A program made the position numbers and the translations under genes. Shown one piece after another: positions 1 to 37,619 of a stretch of 64,000 nt of DNA. How positions within the stretch are numbered: position 1 is the first letter of the stretch; each line of letters opens with the position of its first letter. Below the pieces are notes generated by a model. That model searched no databases and was not told where the DNA came from. It saw only the letters and a list, made by a program, of their open reading frames with translations. Source of the DNA: Macrostomum lignano (Eukaryota). The DNA is taken from the NCBI GenBank assembly GCA_002269645.1, contig NIVC01002670.1:1-64000 (forward strand), in the 5' to 3' direction.

Positions 1-1519
1 ACAACAGGCTGGAGGTCGGCTTCACTTCAAGACTCCATATATAATTGACTGCTATAATTAAAGCTATACATATACTTTGAATGACAAGCTGATCCTGACG
101 CTCTTGAGGGCTGGCAGGCATGCATGTATCATAAGCCAAATCATGGGGTTCATCTTCTTCGCTTGTCGTCAACGGTTTTCTAAAAATAACCGCGAAGCCT
201 CTCTACAGGTACCTTGGGACTTGGGTCCTTTGAAACTTCACAACAGCAATCCGGCCCGCTCCATGTTTGTGTCTCTTCTCGATTCTCAATTCTCTCATCT
301 CTCATCTCATTTCCTCTTATCTCTCCTCTATTCCCCAGCTCCTTTTCTCTCTCACCTGGCCTGCGGCCATAAGCTTGGATTCTCTTTAGGTTTGCCGACG
401 CCTGGGACTCTAAATCATCATCCTGAACGCTTACCATATTTGGCACTTCTGCATATGGGCCACTTAGGCATGGTACAACAGTTTCTCTACTATCAGCTCA
501 GTAGTAAGTAGGAATGACTAAGCTATTTTATGAAAAGAAAGGTAGTTGGAGTGACTCGCAGACACAAACAGCTGGCTATTTGTGCAGCCGTAATGTACAT
601 TAGGCCAGCCAGAGCCTCTGAAAGAATGTACATGCCGGCTTTATGCAGCACTAGGAAGGGCAATAAAAATGGGGCAGAGATTTCGTGAGGAAAGGCGCGG
701 TTGGAGGGGTTCACGGGAGGGGTTCAGAGGGCCAATAAATGAGTCTTGTCCTTAAAATACGTTAAAATGCTTCTATTTAAACTCACTACTGAGCTGAAAG
801 TAGCCTACACGCACATGTGCTGAAGTGGCCGAAAATGAAATGAATATTTAGCGCAACAACCAATGTCGATTGAATCAGTTTCATTTGAAATTCAACTTTC
901 GGATTTTATTAATTTTGAATTCCGCATCAGTACAAAGCCAGCAGCTGATGCAGCAGACTAAGAAAACAGAGACTGTGAGGCAGGCGTTCTTCGTAAATTA
1001 TTAGCCAAGCGTGGCGTCGGAGTTGAGACAAGAAGCATAGCGATAACAAAATAGAAAATTGCAAACTTGCTGCCATAAGTGATTTTCATTAATAGTATGA
1101 AGTAGCGTCGGAGAAGCTGCATTAAAAAGCATCAATTAGTCGGTCATTAGGAATGAACTGTAAACGAAGCTGTGCGCAGTAATGGAATTTAGTTGGCGCG
1201 GGGAGGGGGTCGTAAATCACGCATGCTATGTACAATTGTACATACATGTACTGGAAAAGCCAATGAGGACTTGCACTGAATGCATCATACAGAAATAAAA
1301 ATCTTCAATCCGGATTAGCAAATCAGCCAATATTGACATATACGGATCAATGAGAACTGTTTATGAAAATTTACAAGTAATGCAAATTGATCGGGCAACA
1401 GCGGCGCTGAACTTTGCATGAGGAGTTCATTCGCTTTACAAGAATTGGTTCGAGTGGAGTCGCACGAGGTGGTGCGGGTTCTCTCACAGATTGACTCGTC
1501 ACTTCACTTTTAATTCGGC

Positions 1520-2198
1520 TTCCCGCTTCACTTCTCCGCTTCTCCGCTCCTCCGCTCCCCCACTTCTCCACTCTCCCGCTTCTCCGCTCCCCCACTTCTC
1601 CGCTCCCCCACTTCTCCACTCTCCCGCTTCTCCGCTCCCCCACTTCTCCGCTCCCCCACTTCTCCGCTCCCCACTTCTCCACTCTCCCGCTTCTCCGCTC
1701 CCCCGCTTCTCCGCTCCCCACTTCTCCACTCTCCCGCTTCTCCGCTCCCCCGCTCCTCCGCTCCCCCACTTCTCCACTCTCCCGCTTCTCCGCTCCCCCA
1801 CTTCTCCGCTCCCCCACTTCTCCGCTACCCCACTTCTCCGCTACCCCACTTCTCCACTCTCCCGCTTCTCCACTCCCCCACTTCTCCGCTACCCCACTTC
1901 TCCACTCTCCCACTTCTCCACTCCCCCACTTCTCCACTCTCCCGCTTCTCCGCTACCCCACTTCTCCGCTCCCCACTTCTCCACTCTCCCACTTCTCCGC
2001 TCCCCCACTTCTCCGCTCCCCCACTTCTCCACTCCCCCACTTCTCCGCTCCCCCACTTCTCCGCTCCCCCACTTCTCCACTCTCCCACTTCTCCACTCCC
2101 CCACTTCTCCGCTCCCCCACTTCTCCGCTCCCCCACTTCTCCACTCCCCCGCTTCTCCGCTCCCCCACTTCTCCGCTCCCCCACTTCTCCGCTCCCGC
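1520..2198. repeat. 16-bp minisatellite (CTTCTCCGCTCCCCCA variants), ~100 bp past plexin stop
   Basis: Direct reading; source of ORFs 1371-2305. Confidence 0.95.
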
Positions 2199-2301
2199 CA
2201 CTGTGCACCGATGAGCAGGTTAAACATGAATTGAAGCGAACAGAAATTAGCTAAGAAAAGAGAGTCATCTGTTAGATGAGCTGCCCAGAGCCGCAAGAAT
2301 G

Positions 2302-27029
<24,728 letters not shown>

Positions 27030-30000
27030 TATGCAAGTCGCCGTGCGCTTGATTGAGTCAGAGTCCGGCGACTGCCGGATGTGCAGTGAAAAACATTCGG
27101 TTTCAAAGTCTGCGGGTAGCGGGATCGGTGTGACGCAGCAGTGGGCTTCCAATGCACTATTATTCAGTTCAGATTGGCGTTGGGCAATTAGCTTAGCTAC
27201 TATGCCATTATAAAACTGCATCAATCATATTTTATAATGGGCCAAAAACGCGACGCGCACGCAAGCAGGCACCCTGTTAGTATTAGTTGTTAAATCAAGT
27301 TTTATGAACAGAGTTTATAGCTAGCCAGCTGTGCGCCATCTGATTAGGGAATTTCTTCGTTAAAGATTGTTGGACAACGCTAAATAGTTCTCTATCTCCC
27401 ATCAAAGATTCTATAGGATAACTTGATTCTTGGACAGGCTTTATCAAGAATATGAGCCCATCATGCGCCCAACGAGCGACAAGAGAAATTCTGAAAAATC
27501 TTGTGCATAAGGCCAAGGACCAACAATAAATGTAAGGGAAGTGAACTCAGGATGACTCACGACTCTTGCTCATTGAGAAAAGCAGCTGAGCTGACCCTTT
27601 CGGCCTGGCTAGCTTCACATCGATCGATTATTTAAACCAAGTTAGCTTTTAATTTTCTTTTAAGACTGACTATACAGACTGAATACAGCGACCAGCATTT
27701 GAACTTCTCTTTAGCCGAAATAACACAATTCAAGACACGAGACACTTTATTATTCAAGACATTACACACCGCAATTTGCTAAATAGTAAGGGGGCTTGCT
27801 TTCTCAGATTAAATATCTCTATAAACAGTTAAACCACACTTACCAGACTTGTTCCTTCCTTTTGATTTTAGTTTCTACTAGATATTATCTTCTGGCTATA
27901 GAAGTATAGACTATAGTTGTGTTTAAGTTGCCTATCGGAAACGACAATTTCTCCGCTGAATGCAGTACCAAAATATCAGTCTTGATGGGTAAGCGACAAG
28001 CGTGTCTTTCTTTTCAAGCTTTAAGCTGTGCTTGCTTGTGAAACTGAACTGAATTAAAATGCAATGAGCATTGAGCAATGTGTGGGCGGGAAATACAGCA
28101 AAGAACAAAAAGAAGCACTTCGAACGTTTCGTCTCCTAAGCTCGGGGTTTTTAACCAATGAATTGAGGGGACCTCCAAAGCTCCAGAATTCGGGCCATAT
28201 GCTCCTCTAGTTTACGCCCTTTCCTTTCCATTTCAATTCACCCCTTTCTAAAAGCTTCTATCTATGACTCCACTCGGGTGGACGGCTGCGATGAACGCGG
28301 CCTCGTGTGTACATTTGCAATGTACATCTATTTGCAAAGTGCGGGGTGGGTGCAGCGGGGGGCAGTTAGGGCAATAAAAACTAGAAAAGAGTTTGGTTTG
28401 TTCAGTCAGTCTGCGACTGCTAATGTTAAGCTTGATCTTCGACAAATGCAAACGTCGTTTTTTAAATCACGTGACTGAATTTCAGCAGCAGCAGGCCAAT
28501 ACCAATACTAATAAACCTCCTGATGCAATAATAATCTTTAGTAAACCTCCCTAGTTTAGGCTGTTTAAGAAAAATACAAATCGTTAACTTAACTGGGCTG
28601 ATCGGAACAAGTGAACAACAGAGGGTCCACTCCAGTTAGAGTATAATTGTTTAAAATTTAAAACCACTACATTCTCATGCTACTGCAGTAATGCTCATAC
28701 TATATATTTTGAAAAACAGTAAAAAACTAGGTCAAAAACCGGACTTTTCCAATCCCGAAAAAATCGCTAAAATCGGGATCCCGAAGGTTAATATTGGGAT
28801 ATCCCAGACATAGATGCCAAATGCCGGGATTGACTTCCCCTAGTGTAGTGCTGGATTGATTTTATTAAAATAATTGTGTCAACAGTAGTATGCAGGACTG
28901 CATGTAGCACAAAGGCCCGTCCCGTCCGTCCTAAGCTTTTGTTCTCATCTCTCATCTCTGAAAAGCTCATAATTTTTCTTTGTCTTTGTATACTTACTTT
29001 ACATACTGAGCATTAGAAAAAAGAACTCAATCGGCCGTGTTTCATTTTCTCAGCGCGCATGCACGCAGTAACGAGCTCGGAGTTCGAACAAAGACGATAT
29101 GAGTACGAATTCTTAAACAATTCTCGGCCCTCAGTCTAGTGCTTTAGTGTCACCTTCCAGTGCCTGAATGAAACGTACAGAATTTAACCTTTTATTCCTG
29201 CTCCGGCTTGCCCATAATTTAAATTCCATGTTGCGATGCATCGTTCACTTAACTGGTGCTTGCTTGCTTAATACTGAGTCATTCTGATGCCAAATATTAA
29301 TTCTTATATAGCCGAGTCATACAAAAGAACAGTCAGGCTTGTTATAGTATGGTACTTTATTGTTATGGTTATAGTCAGATTAGCGATTCAAATTCGAAAT
29401 TCGTGACACTCTGTCAGTGGTGAATGTTGATTGACTGAAAATCTATTAGTTGAATTTAAGCCTGTTAGCCTGACACTTCACGACATTGCAGTTCAGTAGG
29501 TAATTCTGTATAGTATAAAAAATAAGGACTTCATTATTAAACTTACCTTAGCAATCGATTTTAGCAGAGCTGTAGGAGTTATCGGCTTTGCTTCAATATA
29601 GTAGGTAAATATAAATATAAATATACGCTGATATAAGGTTACCAATTTACAACACTTTGAGGGCTTTTTAGGCCGTCGGAATACTTTAAATCTTATATTG
29701 TATGGTTTCCAAGAGCTTACCGAAGTGAAATATGCAAGCTATGAGGATTAGGGGACGAGAGGAGAGAATGGGTCAAAGCGCCGCGTCGGTGGGTCGGCTT
29801 GCGTCAGCTGTATAGACAGTGGAATCCTTTGCCGGGGGTGAAGGCAGGGATTGGGAGAACTATGCTTAGTTTGGAGGTAAGGGAGGACTATAGCAGTTGC
29901 GGATTGTAAAGTTTCGGCAAGGAGGAGGGCTGTTGTAAGGGATTTCAAAAATGAATGAGGAGCTTGCGCTGTGCGCTGGTGCTGCCTAGGTCTTCTTCCT

Positions 30001-30831
30001 TCCTTCTCCCCTCCAAAGCCCCAGTTAAACTTTCTATATATAAAGCCCTTTTTTGGTCATGCGTGGTCCTCCTCGCGCTTCCCCAGCCAATTGGGTGTGA
30101 GCAGTTTGTGGACAGGCTGAGGCTGTGCATGGAGTGGCTGCAGGGGGAGCCCTCATAACATGGTGAAATGAGTCGTCCACACAATATCCAGATGCTCATG
30201 GCTGGCCATTGAATCAGAGTGTGTTCTGCATCCCATTATTTGCTGATACTAAAATAGCCTTCCCAGCTACGGTGGCAACTCCGTCCACCTGTGTACACGA
30301 TGAGGTGGATTGTAAAATGCTAATAAGATAATCCATAGCTGATGATGGAGATTGGGGAACTGGAAGTTTTCCCTTGAATCGCTTGTTCCGTATCGATCGA
30401 TTCAAAAGCAGTCTTCAGTCTCACAAGAAAGATCTTAGTGGATATTGAAAGAATTCCTTCAGATCAAATCTTTTGAACTATCTTGCCCATCCGGATTTGC
30501 TAGCGCATTTAATCAAAACGAGTTTAATTGAAAAAAAGAATTTACATTCACAATTTAATTCGAAACTTGGTGCTTGAGCGTGACAAGTCTCAGTATTGGC
30601 ATTGGGCAAAACAACAGCTGCAGTTCACAAAGGCCAAAGTTTACAGCAAAATCGATAATCCAATCTTATCCATCCAGCTGTTTTCTTTCTCCAAACAGAC
30701 TCGACTCGCTCCACAGCGCTCCATAACTGCACAGCTCCTCTACGAGCGTACATGTATTATGACTCTCATACACATCATCTGTGAATACCCTTCCAACAAT
30801 GGTACCCACCAGTTAAACAACACCGGCGTGT

Positions 30832-31615
30832 ATGACATCAGTTCCCACTTGTTAGACATCAGTTCTCACTTGTTAGACATCAGTTTCCACTAGTTTGACA
30901 TCAGTTCCCACTAGTTTGACATCAGTTCCCACGTGTTTGACATCAGTTCCCACTAGTTTGACATCAGTTCCCACGTGTTTGACATCAGTTCCCACTAGTT
31001 TGACATCAGTTCCCACGTGTTTGACATCAGTTCCCACTAGTTTGACATCAGTTCCCACGTGTTTGACATCAGTTCCCACTAGTTTGACATCAGTTCCCAC
31101 GTGATTGATGTCAGTACCCACTTGTTAGACATCAGTTCCCACGTGTTTGACATCAGTTCCCACGTGTTTGACATCAGTTCCCACGTGTTTGATATCAGTT
31201 CCCACTTGTTAGACATCAGTTCCCACTGTGAAGTCTGGGTTTGCGTGCCGAAAAGGTGGCCTCTGTATGGCTCTGTTTACTCAATATATTTATTAGTCAA
31301 TATTGTGGGGTGGGGTGCAGCGATGCGCGATTGGTCGAGAATTGTTAAACAAGTTTAGGCGAGAGAATGAGTCATGAATAATAATGTGGGGCAGAGAGTG
31401 CAGCGCACGGCCTACGCCCTACACCCACGTTTGACATCAGTTCCCACGTGTTTGACATCAGTTCCCACGTTTGACATCAGTTCCCACGTGTTTGACATCA
31501 GTTCCCACTTGTTAGACATCAGTTCCTACGTGTTTGACATCAGTTCCCACGTGTTTGACATCAGTTCCCACTTGTTAGACATCAGTTCCCACGTGTTTGA
31601 CATCAGTTCCCACCT
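30832..31615. repeat. 21-bp minisatellite GACATCAGTTCCCACGTGTTT, split by a 197-bp insert
   Basis: Blocks 30832-31226 and 31424-31615. Confidence 0.95.
31227..31423. mobile_element. Probable short solo LTR inserted in a 21-bp minisatellite
   Basis: 197-bp unique segment with TGT...ACA termini flanked by 5-bp direct repeat CCCAC (31222-31226, 31424-31428). Confidence 0.5.
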
Positions 31616-33739
31616 GTAAAGGCAACAGTTTCAAGACATGTAAATATACAGGTTAAATAAAATTGTTAGAAGTAGGTATAAATAAGCGCAAACCTGTTAG
31701 ACATAGTGCTCCCTGTTAGACAAGCAATGGGTGCTCATCAACTGGTTTTATAGACGTGCAGATCTTATTGCACAATATATGGATTCATAAATTTATTACT
31801 GAAATACGAAATTATTAGTAAAAAATAACCCTTATAATTATCAGTTAAACGGGCATTCAGCAAGTAAATTAACAAAGCACACGGTTAAATAGATTCGCAC
31901 ACATTCACTATTATGAATAATTCCTGATGATAAATGCAAGGCAAGGCTGGAAGCTTTTATAAAATGCCTGCAGACGAAGCGCAGACGGACACCGCTGCCG
32001 TCAGCTGGAAAATAAATGCATCGCTAGCTGCTGCACCCTCTTTCACTAATAGTATCTACGCACCGAGCTTTGCATCCCTCTTCCATCGAGGGCAAAAAAC
32101 GCGAGAGAGGAAAAAATGGGAGAGTGAACCAACAAGAGGAAGGATGTGACCCAACAGATTGCAATGCAAGGGTCGCTACGAAACTCTTCTTCACCCATAC
32201 AAAGCTCTCTGCAGGCATGCATCCTTCACGACTGTTTAGTCTATTTGCATTGGATATAGCTATGGCTGAATCGGAACATTATAAATTCTCGTAATAGTAC
32301 GCTTGAAAAATGTATGCATTTTTTGCATGGTATTCGATAATCTTCTGACACGACCCAGCAGCGCGCTGCAGCCCCGCATACTGTCCCTCGATCCTTCATT
32401 ATATACATAAATAGCCTTTCAGGATAAGAGGCGCTTCTTCGACCCGTCGTACACAGTCCTGCGTCTGCCTATTACCCGGTAGCTGCTGTATGGCTGGGAT
32501 GACGGTATACGGCCGCATATTCGAGCAACCGCAGGCCGATCCTGCATGAATAGTTGAAGGATCCCTGATGAGGAAGAATGACCACTACACAGAGAAATTA
32601 GGAGTACTTCGTAATTATCTACTGCAAACAGATCTTTCATCTGCAGCATAATTTGCCTCTAATCTGCCAATTGAATCTGCATAATAAAAACACGATGAAA
32701 AATCGTGCGTGCGTACACATTACATGTACATGGTAGTTGTAAATTCTCTCCGCTTATTTTGACCCCAACAACAGGGGTCAGACTTTAAGGACACTGAGCT
32801 GCAGTCTGCAGCAGCATCCTCTCGATTTTTTGTAAAAATGGCACCACCAAGCCGATCACCGCATTCCATACTGCAACTCTGTATATTGGGCGCATTATTG
32901 AATACATGTATTTAGTATAATGTTAAGTGCAGCGTTGGGCAAATTTCCGGCACTTCCGGCACTAATTAATAGTTACCTTTTTCAAAGTAACAACTTGCCC
33001 ACACTGGTTAAGTGCGAGCTAGCACTATTTGCTTCAAAGAGCAAAATCTGTTACTCTACAGGTCATTTTGGTTTATCTAATCGCGTAGGATGCTTTATAC
33101 AGTGCATACATGTATGCTTAGCATGCTACTAAACGATTTTCTAATCGTGTCGAATTTTGCAACAACTTCTGTATGCTGTATATAATATACCAGACAAAGA
33201 TACTGTGGATATACAGTATATATTTAATAATTCATGAATAAAAGCTGGAAGAAAAATATAAGCTGCCAATTAACAGCAAAGAAGAACAAGAAGATTATGC
33301 GTTAATATTGATAAGCTGATTTGAAGAAAGAATTAAAGAAAAGAAAGATGGAAAAAAGCCAGAGTGGGAAAGATCGTAAATTAAGCTTGGAAGAAAAATT
33401 CTAATTTTGATAAGCCGATCGAGAGACAGAGGCACCTGCATATATTTTAGAATCTTATGTAGTTTGAGAGCTTCTTGCATGGGCTGCGTTTAATAAAACA
33501 AGAGAAAGGGATGAATAAAAACGCCGTAATATTTTCTGCCGATTGGGAAATAATAATTTTTCCTAATTGCTGGGCCGGTCTTACTAATCTAATTTTTTCC
33601 CAGGGAATACTGAAACAGTGAAACTGCAACACCGCCGACAGAAAGCAGCACTGGCACCACCGATGAGGAGCTAAGAAAGTGACCGAATATTGCTGCACGT
33701 TTCTTACATAACGTAATTTACGCCATGCCTTTTTTTCGC

Positions 33740-33858
33740 TGGCATTTTTAAATTTCTTGTTTAAATTATTTTTTATTCAAAGAATCGTCGTCGACTTAGT
33801 CTGCGTCGGCTGTCGGGCCGTCTGGCGTCTTACTCTTGGCTGGCTTGCGTTGATAGCG
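33740..33858 (+). promoter_or_regulatory. CpG-dense patch, candidate promoter/first exon upstream of SMARCE1
   Basis: Many CGs in ~120 bp (TCGTCGTCGAC...GCGTCGGCTGTCGGGCCG), followed directly by CpG-free sequence; function inferred. Confidence 0.3.
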
Positions 33859-34709
33859 CTTGCCCTTGATCTTTCACTTAGGCCTTCACCTATCTCCTAT
33901 ATATCATGTATGGTGGTTAGATGCTCTTACATGCATAATCATGGACCCTACTGTGTCAAGCACAAGCAGACCAGACAGCAGCAATTACTAATGATTGTCC
34001 ATTGGGCTGGGTATTGGCATTGGGTTGCTAAAGTAAATTGCCAATAACAATACTTTCACTATAATGAAAATTATATAACTAGAATATTTACTATATATAG
34101 GTAGGCATATTATATAATTGCATAAGGCATATTTTAAATTAAAAGTAGGTTAACAAGAATTTTGTTTTGTTATAACTTTCTTGACTGAAACAACTTGTAC
34201 TTGAGTTTTTAGCCTACCCAACACTTTTACACATATCCTATTACTAAAAATGGTTTGTATCTATTTATAGGGCCTATAGACTATCTATCTAACTTTTAGT
34301 TTCTAACTAGTAGGCCCTTAACTATATATCCTAATCCTATATACTAAAAATGAAAATCTTGCTTGCTTGTAATTTAGATAAGATATGGCTCAAGCTTAAC
34401 TAGTAGGCCTAATTTTCTTCAAAATTGCATAATTCAATTAATTAGAAACTTTTCCATGATGGTACATGTTTCTTGGCTAAGAAATTGCACAATGCTAAGG
34501 GGTTCAAATTTTAAAAGTCTTTTTGAAAAGGTCAAATAGACTTTTTGACTTTAAAATGCATTGTAAAAATGCTAAAAAACTAACTAGCTAAATTCTGATT
34601 GCATCATACTAGGCTTCTATAGTCTATTTCATGCTTAAAGTTATGCCAAAGGAAAACTGATACAATTTTATCATTTACTTATACCAGACTTATGCCATGC
34701 TTATGTACC

Positions 34710-36082
34710 AGTCATCAATAACTTCGGCGATAGTTCATTTCGGTGACAGTCACTTTGGTGACAAGACACTTCGGCAACAATAACAGCTAAAGAATGCATT
34801 TATAATATATGTATTTTTTGCCAATGAAATTTCATGATTAAAAAAGCAATACAAATTTATATTTATGTATATTTAGGTATTTAGCTAGGTATATTTATTC
34901 TCCTACATGCGCAACTGCTGGCTGACCTGGCCAATCTGGCCATTGTAAATTGTGATGGACTAGGGGTAAGTTGCAAAAATGCCCAGCCTAAAGAATACAG
35001 ATGTAGTATTAATTAGATGACGAGACATTTAGCCCTTATTTATAAGACAGTCATAGTTACTCCTGCCATTTACCCAAAATTGCATTAGGGTTTCTTTCAC
35101 AAGTAAGTCACATTTTTGGTCAAAAAGTAAGTCGCATGGCCAGTGTAAATCAGGGGGGGTTGTGCATGTATGTTTATTCTCAATTTAATAAGTAGAAGGT
35201 GGGGTTAACACAAGCTCTAGCGGGTTGTAAATATGCATGCATTACTATGTACTTGTACATTAACTGTACGTTAACACAATGTATTTGCCACAAGAGATCT
35301 CAGTCTAAAAAAAGCCACTTGAACTAACAACGACATTGAAGGCTTTCACAACCGCTTGAACAGTTGGCTCAATGTGGTCAGCTCCAGTTCTACCTCCTGG
35401 TTAAGCTGCTATACGACAAGGGCCACATAGTCTCTATCGACTTGCAATTGGTGTCACAAGGTGCTCTGAGGTGGTTGCAGCAAAAGAAGTACTGCCAGTG
35501 ACAGTCCAAATACTTCAAACTTTGGTTGGAGTATCAAGCTGGAGACTGATCAATTCAGTCACTTCTAGAGGCTTGCAGCAAGCTGAATGGACCGTAAACT
35601 GTCTATGGTGCACCTGCATATGCTTAACTTCTGTAATGCTAAGACTTCTTTGCATGCTACATGTAGCATCTTTGCTTTTAATGCTTTTAATGCATGTTTA
35701 TTTCTCTTTCTTTATTTCTGCAATGGAGTGACACAGTGTATATGCCCATACATCCCAATATGCCAAATAAATTTATAACAATACTTACAGTACTATATAA
35801 TGCAAGTCAATTCATTTTGTACTTTATCATATTTATTGTAAGTTGGCGCCTCTCAATGTCTTTTAGACATGGTGCCTCTCAATGTCTTTTAGACATGGCG
35901 GTTCATAACAAAATACTGAAAATTTGTGTTTCTTTTTTAATCTGGAAAAATCACACTTTTTAATTGTGAAGTTTCATTGGCAAAAAAGATGTCTTTTAGC
36001 TGTTAATTGTTGCCAAAGTGATCCAAATGTGTTGCCAAAATGACTGTTGCTGAAGTGACTTGTCACCAAAGTGATTGTAATT
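34710..36082 (+). mobile_element. Decayed Mutator/MULE deletion derivative with transposase C-terminal remnant
   Basis: 9-bp TSD TTATGTACC/CTATGTACC; long imperfect TIRs built from CACTTCGGCGACA-like subrepeats; 35320-35596 translates as *TNNDIEGFHNRLN, then after a frameshift QFYLLVKLLY...LVS...LQQKKY...LW..Y..G..S...LLEACS.L.GP, the MULE TNNxxEGxHxxLN region. Confidence 0.82.
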
Positions 36083-37619
36083 CTATGTACCACATGCCAA
36101 GCATAATGCCTAGACTAAGGGAAGGTATAGGGCAGTTTGTTTAAACATTTTCATTACAAAAATTAAAAATATAATACACAAATGTTTCTATTTGTATATT
36201 ATATTAAAACTTTATAAATATATAGGTATAAAAAAGAAAATAATGTAAAAAAAATTGTATTATAACATAATTTCTAAATTTTAAACTTTGTTTTACTTTT
36301 TATCAATTTTATTTCCAAGCATTTATGCCAAGGCTTTTTTTGTAAAATTACACTAGATATTTTGGCATAACAGTAATAAAACAGACCATGGCTAAGCTTT
36401 TTATTTATTGACTATTGTCAGTTTACAATTGATTGGCCTAATGTGAATCCAACTTGAATTGTATTACTATAAAACAGAGTTTGGTAGCATAGACCCTAGA
36501 ATAAGATTGCATTTACAAATTAGACTTGATTTGCATTCTATAATAGTCATATATGCCCAACCTTAAAATTTCACCCATTTAATGCAACTTACTTTTGTCT
36601 AGATTTGTGATTTAGTTTCTCCCAATTATGACTTAGTTGCCCCGATCGCGACTTAATTTTCACTTTGTATATGATTTTTCTTGCCTTTTTTCTTTTTTCT
36701 CTTTTTCTTTTTCTTTCCTCTTCTCTTCTCTCTTTTTCCCTCCTTTCTTTTCCCTTTCTCTTCCTCTCCTTTCTTTCTTCCCAATTTTTTGTTTTTTGCA
36801 TTTTCAATTTTGTGACTTACCTTGGTCGGTGGCCATTTCACCCATCTGGTTTGGATGGGTTAGACAGGTATTAGGCATATATGATAACAGTATATCTATT
36901 ATTGTATATTAAATTATTACAAGCCATTTTGATTAAAATTTAATAATAATTTGTAATGTAGCTCCCAATAAATCAGTATTGTTTGTCACCTAGGATATAG
37001 AAAATATGAATTTATAGTGCAAGACTAGCAATCTAGTGCCTGCTTGGGGGTGCCCAATAAGTAAAGAACAAAAATTATTCAATAAAGACAATTAAAAAGC
37101 ATATTTTATTAAGAACTAATTGGTTCTTCAGTTTTAAAAATCACCTTATTCATGTAAAATTGTCATAGACAAAGATCAATAAAGAAATTAAACTAGTGCT
37201 TAAACATTTGCAAATTAAGTTAAAAAATAAAAGAAACACTCAATTGCCTTTGTAAGATAATATTTTTTTTCTTTTTACAGAGCAATGATACTTAATTGCT
37301 ATAAAAAGTACTAATGCTAAACGTTTTCACATTAAAAATTTTGAGTTTGCTTGTGCTTTATTATACTTTATTAGGTATATTCTATAAGTTTCTAAGTTAA
37401 TAATATAGTTTACTAAAGTATCTTTGGTTTATTTTACTTGTATCTAATATTTTTTCAATTTTTTTTAAATTAATAACTATGGCTATGGGAATCTATGGAA
37501 TATAACAGCAACTACCATATTTCTGTAGTTGTAGCCATAAGAGCAGCTAGCTACCATAGGCATATCTATAGCTGCTATAGGGCACCTATTTTACCATATT
37601 TGCCATAGGATCCCTAGCA

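Noticed and set aside
77-714. ORFs 77-511, 180-446, 523-714
   Set aside because: No recognisable domain, low coding-like bias, partly low-complexity.
27030-27224. 65-codon in-frame extension upstream of the plexin signal peptide
   Set aside because: Hydrophilic with no recognisable motif; the signal peptide follows Met 27029. More likely 5' UTR, but cannot be excluded.
29945-30405. Possible RTE-type LINE C-terminal remnant
   Set aside because: Only a vague G-x-R-G-G-P-R resemblance across broken frames; not supportable without an HMM search.
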